From: Giardia intestinalis
Taxonomy: Eukaryota
Reading direction: 5' to 3' (one strand)
NCBI GenBank assembly: GCA_000002435.2
Contig: CM018791.1
DNA: 64,000 nt
In this document: piece after piece, positions 10,035 through 20,700 of the stretch
Layout: the number at the start of each line of letters is the position of its first letter
Numbering within the stretch: position 1 is the stretch's first letter
The notes under the pieces: generated by a model
The model's input: the letters and a program-made list of their open reading frames with translations, nothing else
Database searches by the model: none
Told to the model about the DNA's origin: nothing
Program-made: the position numbers and the translations under genes

Positions 10035-13000
10035 ATGGCCGAGAACTGGTTTGATGCCGCCCGTCAAGGACAGTTCAACCGTCTCTGTTCGCTATCTGCG
10101 TCCTGTATTAAGTCCAGAGACTCTAGCGGAAACACCGCGCTGATGCTTGTGGTACAGAGCGGACACACTGAGTGTCTCAAGCTTCTCGAGGAAGAGGCCA
10201 CAATGACAAACAATTCTGGGCTTACAGCGCTTGCCATTGCCATAATGTGTGGAAACAATACGGCGTGTGCCTTCTTGGCGCCGATGGAGGCACACATAGT
10301 TTTGCCGTCAAAGCTCTCCATGCTGATGCTGGCAGCAAAGTTGGGAAACTGCGATGCGGTGAATTGTGTGGTCCCCTATGCACAAGAGGAGACTAGTACT
10401 TGCTCTGAGACAGCATTGGGCCTTGCCGTTCAAGGAAACCATCTTGAGTGTGTCCGAACCCTTTTGAACAGGATGCCGTACACTGTCTCAGACATATATA
10501 CTGTGCTAAGCACCTCTAATACTGATATTAAGGTCTTACTGCTGGAGCGATGTGACTCGTTGCTGGAGTATGACATGAGTGCCTCAAGGAAGTCTATTGA
10601 GCATGTGCCCTTCCTCCGTGAGCAATACGATCAGCGAATAGCATTCCTTAAGGATATTATCTACTGTCTGAAAATGCGTTCACAAGAGCAGAGCAACCCT
10701 TATAACACAGCAACAGATTGCATTGACATGTCTCAACTACATGAACTTAATAGACACATAAAGGATTGTCACGCGTATATTCAAACTCTTAAGTGTGACT
10801 TTTCTAAATTACAACAGGATAAGAAATCTATGCAGGATGGCTATGAAGAAAAGCTTCAACGTATGCAAAAGATATACGCCAGTTCAATTGGTTCACTGCA
10901 AGCGAAGCTTCATACTAAGGATCTCAGTAGCTTTCATACTAGCGATTCCACCAGAGAGTGCAGCAAAGTCAATACTGTGTCCCACGAATCTGTGACACAG
11001 ACATCTCAGTCTTTCCTGGTGGAAGGAACTACTCAAACAGAGAGTCACTCATGTAGAGAAATTGCCATCGGTGATGTGCATGGTCCTGTAGGGGCAGTCT
11101 CTTGGGGAGGAGGGCCTGCATTTTTGGCAGAGGCTGCGCCTTTTCATTCACAATTTATGGATGCGTGTATCCAGACTAGTCCACTAGAACGTTCATTGAG
11201 TAGCGATGTTCCTCGTTCTGACCTATCTGAAGCTGATCACGTTTCTCCTGACGCCTCATTAGCCCAAGATGATAGTAGCCTTCAACAGCAACTGCTTGAA
11301 AAGACGGCAGAAGTGCAAGCCCTCTCAAATGAGCTCGCTATTATGCAGAGCACAATTGAGCACATATTTGTCACCCAGTCGCGCGAATTGTCCGCAAAGG
11401 ATCTTGAACTGGAGCAGGAGATAGAAATATTTACCGAGCGCATTTCGACGCTCAGTGAGGACAATCTTAGGTTGGAAAAGCAAAATAGAACCCTTCAGGA
11501 AGAAAACACCTTACTCTCTGAGAGAATCAAGAAAGTGGAGAACACAAACGAGGATTCTAGCGCTATCCCTGCAGATTCTGTTACTCGTTTGCCATCACCT
11601 TCTGTTAATGACGACCTTGGTATTGCTTTTCCGCACAGAGACGAAGCAGGAATACAAACAGATCCTTCTTACTGTCTTGTATCTGTTAAGATAGGAGACG
11701 ACAGAGCAATAACAGAGCCTTTGCTCCCTCTGCAACAAGCCTGGCTGGTAATCCCTGGTCAAAGAAAAAGCCCAGCCGACTCCCTAACTCCACTTCCTGT
11801 TCTAGATGTTACGCATCGCTCCTGCCAATCTTGTATGGACACCAATGAGGCCTGCTGCCAGGCGGTTGTAATAGATAACACCACGGTGGCTTTGCGTCAA
11901 GAGATTGAGCTTGCATGCCAGCAAGTTGAGGAGTTTACCGATAGAAGAGCTTCCAGGACATCAATGTTTGTAGAGTCAGCAGAGAAGATGCTGAGCACAG
12001 AAGACCCCGGAGAGGTCATTACTTGCAATCAGTCTGATGACAGCGCGCTCGTGTATAGGATAGAAAAGCTTGAACAAGCGCTGAGAGACAAAGACGCTGA
12101 ACTCTCACTTGCCAACGATAAAATTGCACGATTAGAAACCATTGAGACAAAGTGTACTACTCACTCACACTCTAAAAAAGATGAGGCTGCCTTAGTTCTA
12201 CCATCTAGTCAAGCACGGAGCGATACAGAGTGCGCGCAGCTTCTTTCAGCTGTATGTGTTCCCTCACCACAAGCCAATCTCCTATCGATTTCTCCCTCAT
12301 CTATTGAAGAAGAAAATCGAGAGCTGCGGAATCAGGTTGAGTCACTGCGCAGACGAATGATTCAACTCACACATTCGTCACGCAAGTCCATAGCACCCAT
12401 CATAATGGCGTCAAACACACTTACATCGGCATCTTCTAAGCTGTGTCAACTTGCACAAAGGTTGAAGGAGCTTCTAGATAACCCCCACAACACGGCACCC
12501 AAAGTTGATGACAAGACACTTAGCTTTATCGAAGAACTTACTACCGAAATTTTGGAGTATTCTACGTCTATACAGTCTGCTCTGCAAGACAGTGCCGCAG
12601 CTGGACCTATGCAAACACCTTCAGTACATCAGGATCTTCTTCTGAGCGACGCTGTAACTCTATCTCAAGACAGTACCAATACAGATTTAATGGAGGCTGC
12701 CATACTAGACAATGTAGACGTGGCCTCACTTTTCCTGAACCAAGTGGGCAGAAGAAACGTGGACGGTGAAACGGCACTCATGATTGCGGCGAAGCACAAC
12801 AGCCTTGAAGTGGCTAAGCTTCTTGCACAGCACGAGGCAAACTGTGTTCGAAAAGACGGCATGACAGCCTTAGCCATTGCACTGTACAACAAGAACCTGG
12901 ATATGGCTATGCTACTAAGTGATTATGAAGGTCCAAGTAACAACCTAACGAGTGACTCTCCAGGCAGCACTGCGAGACCCATCGATGCACTGATTCTTGC

Positions 13001-13574
13001 AGCTAGACACAATGATGTCATCTCAACGTGGACCCTACTTAAGACTCACGCCCGTTACCAGGATGATCAGGGAAGGACTGCTCTTATGCATGCAGCCGAA
13101 CATGGGTTTGACATTATTGTGCACCTGCTGGCCGGGTCTGAGGCAGGGATGCAAGATGTTGATGGATACACAGGGCTTATGATTGCAGCAAATTTGGGGT
13201 ACACCCTAGTCGTAACCGAACTCCGTAACTGTGAGGCAGGAATGCAATGTGCACGTGGATATACAGCACTGATGTATGCTGCAGCTGCAGGACATAAGGC
13301 TGCAGTGGCTGCCCTAGCGCCTTTTGAGGCTGGTATTCAAACAAGTGTATCGAAAAGAAATACCACCACCAGCCCCACTACGGGCTACTCTGCAGATGAG
13401 ATAAGTGATACTACTGGAATAACCGCGCTTATGTTGGCCGTGGAGGCAGGGTCAGTTGATTGTGTGAATGTACTCTGGCCGCTCGAACACCATATCACTG
13501 ACGCCCAGGGGATGGCAGCCATTCACTATGCTTGCTCTGAACCTATGAGGAACTTGCTTCGCAGCTACCAATGA
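10035..13574 (+). CDS. Ankyrin - coiled-coil - ankyrin protein (21.1-like), about 1179 aa
   Basis: The track ORF begins at GTG 9999. The first ATG is at 10035 and gives MAENWFDAARQGQF, the family-typical N-terminus. N-terminal ankyrins (GNTALMLVVQSGH, GLTALAIAIMCGN) are followed by a long coiled-coil middle (EQEIEIFTERISTLSEDNLRLEKQNRTLQEEN). The C-terminal ankyrin array includes GETALMIAAKHN, GRTALMHAAEHG, GYTALMYAAAAGH and GITALMLAVEAGS. Confidence 0.82.
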   Translation: MAENWFDAARQGQFNRLCSLSASCIKSRDSSGNTALMLVVQSGHTECLKLLEEEATMTNNSGLTALAIAIMCGNNTACAFLAPMEAHIVLPSKLSMLMLAAKLGNCDAVNCVVPYAQEETSTCSETALGLAVQGNHLECVRTLLNRMPYTVSDIYTVLSTSNTDIKVLLLERCDSLLEYDMSASRKSIEHVPFLREQYDQRIAFLKDIIYCLKMRSQEQSNPYNTATDCIDMSQLHELNRHIKDCHAYIQTLKCDFSKLQQDKKSMQDGYEEKLQRMQKIYASSIGSLQAKLHTKDLSSFHTSDSTRECSKVNTVSHESVTQTSQSFLVEGTTQTESHSCREIAIGDVHGPVGAVSWGGGPAFLAEAAPFHSQFMDACIQTSPLERSLSSDVPRSDLSEADHVSPDASLAQDDSSLQQQLLEKTAEVQALSNELAIMQSTIEHIFVTQSRELSAKDLELEQEIEIFTERISTLSEDNLRLEKQNRTLQEENTLLSERIKKVENTNEDSSAIPADSVTRLPSPSVNDDLGIAFPHRDEAGIQTDPSYCLVSVKIGDDRAITEPLLPLQQAWLVIPGQRKSPADSLTPLPVLDVTHRSCQSCMDTNEACCQAVVIDNTTVALRQEIELACQQVEEFTDRRASRTSMFVESAEKMLSTEDPGEVITCNQSDDSALVYRIEKLEQALRDKDAELSLANDKIARLETIETKCTTHSHSKKDEAALVLPSSQARSDTECAQLLSAVCVPSPQANLLSISPSSIEEENRELRNQVESLRRRMIQLTHSSRKSIAPIIMASNTLTSASSKLCQLAQRLKELLDNPHNTAPKVDDKTLSFIEELTTEILEYSTSIQSALQDSAAAGPMQTPSVHQDLLLSDAVTLSQDSTNTDLMEAAILDNVDVASLFLNQVGRRNVDGETALMIAAKHNSLEVAKLLAQHEANCVRKDGMTALAIALYNKNLDMAMLLSDYEGPSNNLTSDSPGSTARPIDALILAARHNDVISTWTLLKTHARYQDDQGRTALMHAAEHGFDIIVHLLAGSEAGMQDVDGYTGLMIAANLGYTLVVTELRNCEAGMQCARGYTALMYAAAAGHKAAVAALAPFEAGIQTSVSKRNTTTSPTTGYSADEISDTTGITALMLAVEAGSVDCVNVLWPLEHHITDAQGMAAIHYACSEPMRNLLRSYQ

Positions 13575-13754
13575 CCTCTTACATAGATATGAATTAATAC
13601 AGATCATTGTACTAGCAATCTGTCTATAGAGCAGTGCAGGGGACTCTGCCAGAACTATTATATACACTAGTAAATCAAGGTGTACCATAGTCGAAGGGTG
13701 CCATAGCTCTGTCAGTTTAACAACAAAATTCTTGGGCGAAGATTTACTCTGAAT

Positions 13755-16700
13755 ATGGGGGATTCTTGTGCGTTTTCCTGGTTCCAGGCTGCGGCAACAG
13801 GAAATCTGGAAGTGATCCAGGCGCTGAAGGAGCAGTGCTCTGGTCTCCGCAATGAGGATGGCGAGACAGCACTCATGCTTGCTGTGCGCAATAACGCAAT
13901 GAATGTCGTGGAAGTTCTTTTGAACAGCGAAGCTAAGCTCACCAACGAGGATGGGTATACCGCCCTACTCATCGCAGCAGAGGAAAACAATTCGTTTGCA
14001 TGTTCTATCCTTCTAGCAGCGGAAAGGGACATATGTCTCAATGATAACTCAGATGCGCTAATTTTAGCCACCGAGGCAGGAGCTATGGATGCTATCTGCA
14101 TTTTGGCGCCTGGATGGCCTGTGCGGAGAACAACTGAAGGCATTGCTGCTATCGATATAGCATCCAACGAATCCAATCTCAAGGCGGTCAACCTGCTGCT
14201 ACAGGGGCAAGACCTCACTTGCGAAGACGTAGAAAGGGCTATGCTGCATGCAAATGAGGATGATGATAACTACGACAGTATCTGTTCCGCATTGCAAGGA
14301 TACTTAGTGTCCCTCGGCGCCCGGTCTTCTACCCCGGGTCGTGACGTTCCACTAGAGCTGTCAGACTATGATGCTGTGCCCGATGCTATTCAGTATTGTC
14401 CATCACTGCCGCAGGATAGCCTTCCCCTCGCCTACTCTGCTCTTGACAATACAGATGTGGCTATGACGAAGATATCCTTGGAGGAGAGTGATGATATTTC
14501 CAAGGCGATATTAATGCCGGGCGCTGTTACACCGATTAGCCAGCAACTTAATGCAGATCTGCAGGAAGTAACCCCAACAGAGCAGAGATGTAAGCCTATT
14601 ATCGACGAACTTGAAGGAGAAGCGTCGTCTGATGAAATACAGCCAGATCCCACGGAGTTTTATGAAGAAAAACGTCTGTCAGAAGGCCTGGCTTCATCCA
14701 CAGTTTTTCAGTTAACCAACATGATCCAGGAGCATAATCCAATGAGTGAGCTTGTTAAAATTATAGATTGTAAGGATGCAGAAATTCAGGAGCTTAGATT
14801 GCTGATTGATACACTACAAAATAGAAAACCTATCTCAGATGACGCTCGATTCTATTCTACAGGTCAGTCTGCATCTCAGGAAGCCCCTAATTTCCCAGAA
14901 GAGCCCCCTATAGTTATCTCAGCTACTACCAGCATAGCCCTTAGCACCATAGATACACTGCGATCGCGCATTGCTGAATTAGAAGGCAAATTGGCAGAGC
15001 ACCCGCCTACTCATGAGCTTGTCGATACAGAGACACAGTATTCTGTCAACACAATTGTATTTAGTGCTACGGCGGATCAAGCCGATAAGTGCTTAGGCTG
15101 CAATGTAGAAACGACTACACCAAAGGAAATAGAGCAGATACTCCTTGAAAACTCTCATCTATCTGCCAAACTACAACAGGCAGAAAACGAGGTTATGGCG
15201 TTGGGTAGATGCCTCACTGATGCCATTGCTGCAAGCGATAACGTCGAAGCCAATTTGATCCTTCAGGACTTTGCACACCGAGAACGGATACTTATTGACT
15301 CATATGTGTCTCGGATTGAAAACCTGCAAACCAGTATGGACATGTTCATAGGTATACAGAAGAGGAAGGCGAAAGAGTCGGAGGCGTACTTCCATGCGCA
15401 GTTAGAGGAGATAACAGAACAGAACACGCTAGCTAATAAGGCAATACGGAATCTAACCTTACAGATAGAAACATCTAACTCGGAGTTGCAGGAGCTGAGA
15501 GGGACTATTGCATACTTAAACGAGGAAAATGCGTCTTTGAGCGATGCGCTTAAACTGGCAAAAGCCGTACAAGAACAAGTTTCCAATGAGATTGCTGGCT
15601 CTGCCATTAATATCACAACAACGTCTGTTACAGTCCAGACTGAACCCACTTGTGACTCTGTGCCTGGTCCTGACCTCAGCCCTGACAATGTCACAACTAT
15701 GCATGATTTGCCCAAATGCACTACTCAGAAAGAGCTTGATGAAGCTATGCTTAACGCTATCTTGAATCAAGCTCTTTGTACTACAGATTATTCGGGTCTC
15801 TTGTCAGATACCGTGCTGTTTGCTATTGCCCCTGATTTGGAAATCACAGTGAGCAACGTTTTTCAAGCAGTCACCTGGTTTTATAATGAGTCTGAGCAGA
15901 AGGAGCGGCGTCTTTCAGAAGCGGAAGAAAAACTCGAAGTGATGGCTAATCTTTGCGAAAACCTCTCTGCAGAGTTGAAAGAGAAGTATAGCCTGATACT
16001 AGATATTTCACCGGATGGCACCGGTGAGTACACAATATCCTGTGCAGAGCCTCTTGGCAATCCAAGGGGGCACCAGGGCGAGATATCTGATCATCCAGAT
16101 AGCCTTGTTTTGCAGCCCATCATCCCAATAGAGCAATCAAATTCTTCAGATGTATCTCTGAAACCCCTGCAGTCGCATAGTGATGTACATAGTTTACTAC
16201 AGGTTGAAGACCTGGAGCTCCCTAGTCTACCTAAAGCTGGGAGTCCATCTAAGAGCATTGAGATATCCTTCGACAAAGATCTATCGGCATCACCTCCAGT
16301 TCATCTGCAAGTTCCTCTCATCTCTATAAACAAACCGGAGAAAAAGACAACCTCTAAGCCAAAGCCAGTTAACAATATTCCCATGTTAGTGGAAGACGAA
16401 ACATCTTCTCTTATGCTTCCATCGATCCACGCTGGCGAGTTTCGAGCAACGAAGCTAAAGCAAATTGGGAACGATATTTCCCCAACGACCACGCATGCTG
16501 ACCGCACCGACATGCAGCGAGCTCATGATTTGCAAGAAAGAGCGTTGCAGCTCTCTCACGACGCAGTTAGCCCATACCTGACTCATAAAGAAGAGCCTGC
16601 TCCTATCCTAGAGCAAAACAGCAACCAGGGAGATGATACCCCACTGATAGCCGCTGTCCTAAAGGGTCAGAATTCTGAAATACGAAGATACTTACAATAT

Positions 16701-17582
16701 GCAGGAAGGTTCAACGGAGATGGTGTGACAGCTCTGATGATAGCAGCCATGCGTAACAATCTTGAGGCCGCTCAGCTACTTGTGGAGTACGAGAAGGGAC
16801 TAACAACTGCCGACGGTTCGACTGCCCTGTGCCTGGCTTTGCTCAAAGGAAACATGCCAGTTGCAAAGTTCCTCACTCCATATGAAGGTTTGGACTTTTC
16901 ACATGTCTCTTCAAAGGGTCGTCGTTTCACAGAGTTAATGCAGGCAGCGGATGAAGATAATATAGTGGCTGTTTGGTGCCTTATCCCTCACCAAGGTGGC
17001 CTTAGGGACGAAGAGGGCTTCACTGCTCTCATGTACGCCGTACAGGCAGGCCACTATGAAGTGGCACGTATTCTTTATGAGCTCGAGGGACGTGTGCGAA
17101 ACGTCAATGGGGAAACGGCTCTGATGCTTGCAGCTGCCTCTGGGTTTACCCGCATTGCTAACATGCTAGTGATAAAGGAGGCAGGAGAACGAGATAATCA
17201 AGGAAGAACAGCCTTGATGCGTGCGGCGATTTATAATCATTGTGATGTGATTCGATTATTGCTGCAAAAAGAAGGCGGTATCCAAGATAGCCGGGGCGAA
17301 ACAGCCCTAATGTTTGCTGCAAAGGCTAATAACCCCGAAGCAGTACGGCTCCTTTTAGATAAGGAAGGCGGAAAGAGAATGCTTGTGAAACAGCCTGGCC
17401 GCAATGGAACACAATTGCGAGGGCCAGGATATACGGCGTTAATACAAGCCGTCAGAAAGAACAGTATTGCATGCATTCCTCTACTCTTGAGTAGAGAGGC
17501 CGGCTTCAAAGACGCAGAGGGACGGGCACCAATTCTTTTTGCAAAGACAAAGGAGACAAGAGACTTGCTTCTCAGGGAATAG
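13755..17582 (+). CDS. Ankyrin - coiled-coil - ankyrin protein (21.1-like), 1275 aa
   Basis: ATG at 13755. The N-terminus is MGDSCAFSWFQAAATGN followed by ankyrins (GETALMLAVRNN, GYTALLIAAEEN). A central coiled coil includes IENLQTSMDMF..LQIETSNSELQELRGTIAYLNEEN. The C-terminal ankyrins include GVTALMIAAMRNN, GFTALMYAVQAGH, GETALMLAAASGF, GRTALMRAAIYNH and GETALMFAAKAN. Stop is TAG at 17580-17582. Confidence 0.85.
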   Translation: MGDSCAFSWFQAAATGNLEVIQALKEQCSGLRNEDGETALMLAVRNNAMNVVEVLLNSEAKLTNEDGYTALLIAAEENNSFACSILLAAERDICLNDNSDALILATEAGAMDAICILAPGWPVRRTTEGIAAIDIASNESNLKAVNLLLQGQDLTCEDVERAMLHANEDDDNYDSICSALQGYLVSLGARSSTPGRDVPLELSDYDAVPDAIQYCPSLPQDSLPLAYSALDNTDVAMTKISLEESDDISKAILMPGAVTPISQQLNADLQEVTPTEQRCKPIIDELEGEASSDEIQPDPTEFYEEKRLSEGLASSTVFQLTNMIQEHNPMSELVKIIDCKDAEIQELRLLIDTLQNRKPISDDARFYSTGQSASQEAPNFPEEPPIVISATTSIALSTIDTLRSRIAELEGKLAEHPPTHELVDTETQYSVNTIVFSATADQADKCLGCNVETTTPKEIEQILLENSHLSAKLQQAENEVMALGRCLTDAIAASDNVEANLILQDFAHRERILIDSYVSRIENLQTSMDMFIGIQKRKAKESEAYFHAQLEEITEQNTLANKAIRNLTLQIETSNSELQELRGTIAYLNEENASLSDALKLAKAVQEQVSNEIAGSAINITTTSVTVQTEPTCDSVPGPDLSPDNVTTMHDLPKCTTQKELDEAMLNAILNQALCTTDYSGLLSDTVLFAIAPDLEITVSNVFQAVTWFYNESEQKERRLSEAEEKLEVMANLCENLSAELKEKYSLILDISPDGTGEYTISCAEPLGNPRGHQGEISDHPDSLVLQPIIPIEQSNSSDVSLKPLQSHSDVHSLLQVEDLELPSLPKAGSPSKSIEISFDKDLSASPPVHLQVPLISINKPEKKTTSKPKPVNNIPMLVEDETSSLMLPSIHAGEFRATKLKQIGNDISPTTTHADRTDMQRAHDLQERALQLSHDAVSPYLTHKEEPAPILEQNSNQGDDTPLIAAVLKGQNSEIRRYLQYAGRFNGDGVTALMIAAMRNNLEAAQLLVEYEKGLTTADGSTALCLALLKGNMPVAKFLTPYEGLDFSHVSSKGRRFTELMQAADEDNIVAVWCLIPHQGGLRDEEGFTALMYAVQAGHYEVARILYELEGRVRNVNGETALMLAAASGFTRIANMLVIKEAGERDNQGRTALMRAAIYNHCDVIRLLLQKEGGIQDSRGETALMFAAKANNPEAVRLLLDKEGGKRMLVKQPGRNGTQLRGPGYTALIQAVRKNSIACIPLLLSREAGFKDAEGRAPILFAKTKETRDLLLRE

Positions 17583-17735
17583 GTGAGGCACTTACCATCA
17601 AGTCCCTAGCCCGTAGCAGTCTTCACAAACAAATCACTAATACACTGTAAGAATTAGGCATACATTTACTAGAAACTATGGGCGTTATTCTGCTTGGGAG
17701 GAAGGAAGGCATACAGATGCTACCTGTGGAATCAA

Positions 17736-20700
17736 TTATACGTGACACTTCAGTATCGAGCGAATTATCTTTACCAGGTTTCCAGTTGCTTGGCTATCAG
17801 ATTCAGTTACTGTAAGCATAATGTGTTCAAGCTTGTTACTCATGTCAACATACCCAACATTAGGGCGAGACACAACGTCCCCACTATATGCTTTATCAAT
17901 GATTAATTGGTACTCCGGTTGAAGTAACACAAGAAGGATGTATTCAATACGCTCTATGCACTGAAGACAATTATTTTCATCCAGGGTGTCATTACTACTA
18001 AAGCTCGTAAGCGCAAACAAAATGCCATCGAAAAGAGGAATTACAGAGCTACCAATGTCACGAGTAACTGTTAGAAGCTGGGAAGTGACAGCGCCTCCCA
18101 CACCCACAGTTGCTCCGGTAACGCCAGAAAGAGAGTAAATTATATACTCAAGCAAGCAACTGACGGCAGAAGAGATAGGAGGGATGAAGGCCGCGGTAGG
18201 TAAAGGATAGTAGGATATCCCCTGCTGCATTGAGGATTGAATTGGGGGAACGGTCTGGCCGAGTATGTCCGAAGTCACGCAAAGAAAATTGCAAAGGCTC
18301 CTCACAATTTCGTTACTGTGGACACCATCAGCGAAGACAATGGCTAAGCACTTGTCCACCTCTCCTAACACCAGAGTCAGTATGAGTGGCAATGGGCTTT
18401 CTCTGCAAAACTTTATTCCAGGTTGGACTGAGGCCTTCAGAGACATTAGTATGTGAATATTGGAAATGATATTGGGGACAATAGCCGTGTAGAAGTGAGA
18501 GGGGACAAGGCTCTTGGTGTTTTTCTGGGTGAGACCGCTTTTCTGATGTCTATCAGGAGTAACAGACACAATAGTGGCAAGCATCGACAAAAACGCATAG
18601 CCCACGGAATGGATACGAAACAGAAAGCTGGACATAAGGGCATTGTATTGGCTGGTTGTGATAATCTCGCCAACGGCGCTCTTGCCAGCGGCCAGTTCAT
18701 AGATCTCCTCGAGTGAATTTGTACCATCTACAAAGAAACTACGAAATGTCTGATCGATTGAATCTGTCCCATCAGCCATTCTCTCTCTTAAAGTATTGAA
18801 GGAAAGAAGCTTAAGCAGCTCATTCCAACCAGATCCTTCCTCAACTAGACGGCCCACATAGGACTCAATAAGCAATTGGTCTCTACACCAATTCGCAAGC
18901 CTGGCAACCAGAAGTAATAGCCCGCGAACAAACAGAGTGCCGGCTGGGGTGATGTTGTAAGGCAAGATACCTGCAGCCATTCCTGTTGATATGTGATCGG
19001 GCGCATTCGTCTGCTGGAAAGCTCCAGCAAGTTCTGGCACATCTGCTAGTGATCCTAGTTTATCCACTGTTGCTGTTCCCAGTGGAGCCACTGCCAATGC
19101 TTTGAAGTGAGACTTAGCGGTATCAATCCTGCGGCTCATGGCCACAGATTGCGTTACGAGCGATGTAGTTTTGAGAGGCGCAACTAAACTAAACAGCGTT
19201 CGCCCAATTCCTAATACTGTTTCAAACAGGTCTGTCATTGTCCCCTGATTAACAAGTCTGTGCAAGAATTCGGTGAACAGAGTAGATACCTCTTCTGTGA
19301 CAGACGAAAATGCAAGCAAAATGTCAATCAGCTCAATGGTGCTTTGAATCATTGTAAGCGCAGCATGCCCTGTATATTCTTTGATCTCTGGGCTTAGGAC
19401 TTTGCTGCTGCATGTTCCAACGGTAGACATTGCAATTCTGAAGGCGTCTGAAAAGTAGGACTGAACATTCAACTCTGAAGACAGCTTTTCAAGAAAACTG
19501 ATCATGAAGGCTCCACGCTCTGATGCAACGTTTGCAATGTGACAAATGGTTTGCATTACACTTGCCGTCGCACTGAAAGCATGCTGCAATGAACACTCGT
19601 TATGATCGGGGACGATGTTGGCCAGAACACGGACCGAAAGCTTTAGCCAATTGAAGCAGGATGCACTCAAGAAAAATATATCGCCGGAATCAGCGCTGCA
19701 TATCTGCTGCTTGATAAGAACAGCTGCTTGCTGGATTGCAAATAGCATCTCGTCGAGAATTTCCGGGACTATATTTGTGAGGATACGATCTTTAACGTAG
19801 ACATAGCAATTCAAGGGCACGATAGACGAGACTAGATATGTGTTCATGAGAGCAGACAAGGGAATGACTTTACCACAGTTGGAGAGGAGGCCTGCTCGAA
19901 TGGAGTCACAGATAGTCCTGTAGGCTCCTGACTGAAGATTGTTAAGAGCACGGAGAAAGGCAGTGAATCCTTCCATTAAACAGGCGTTGTTGTTGATGAG
20001 AACTGAGTCACGCATTACCTTTTCCCTTTGATCCTGAGTAAGTGGCGATAAAATAAGCTGAGTCCGAAGCTTTGTTTGACTTACGAGTGGAGCGTATCGC
20101 AGCCCTTGGCCTGTCAAATTGGAAACCGCTGGTAAAATGGCGTGTTGAGACACGTCAGAAAGCTCTGGCTTAGGCGTGTCGGAGAGTATTTGCATACACT
20201 CGATGATGATTTCGTAGAGATTAAGATAGTCTGTGCCTGTGTTTGCTGAGAAGGCTTCAGCAGCTGCCATTGTAATTACTTGAATTGCGTCGTGTGAGAA
20301 CGAATCGAATTTGGCAGGAGTCCTTGGTGGGCGCATTTTCTCCCTATCTGCTGGAGGAAGCGTTTCAAGAAGTCTATCTAGGCTATCCTCATTACATTGT
20401 GGATAACAGAGGGTGCCAATTACAAGCCCAAAAAGGCCACTGATAAGTTCAGAAACCGTTATGTCACGTACAAGATTGCTAGAGTTAAAGATAATATGAA
20501 GGTATATCGTCATCAATCGCAGGCATGAAGCAGTGGCAAACAGCACAGCAGTAGTTTTGTTCATAAGCTGCAAGTCTGTCTCGTCTCTCACAGGGTCCCC
20601 CATAGCCCCGTTATTCAAAGCCGCGTCTTGAAGCCGTCGTGCTCGCCTTGCGATCAAGCCTGTCTTTATGAACAGATCAGTGAAGAATTCGCCTCCGAGA

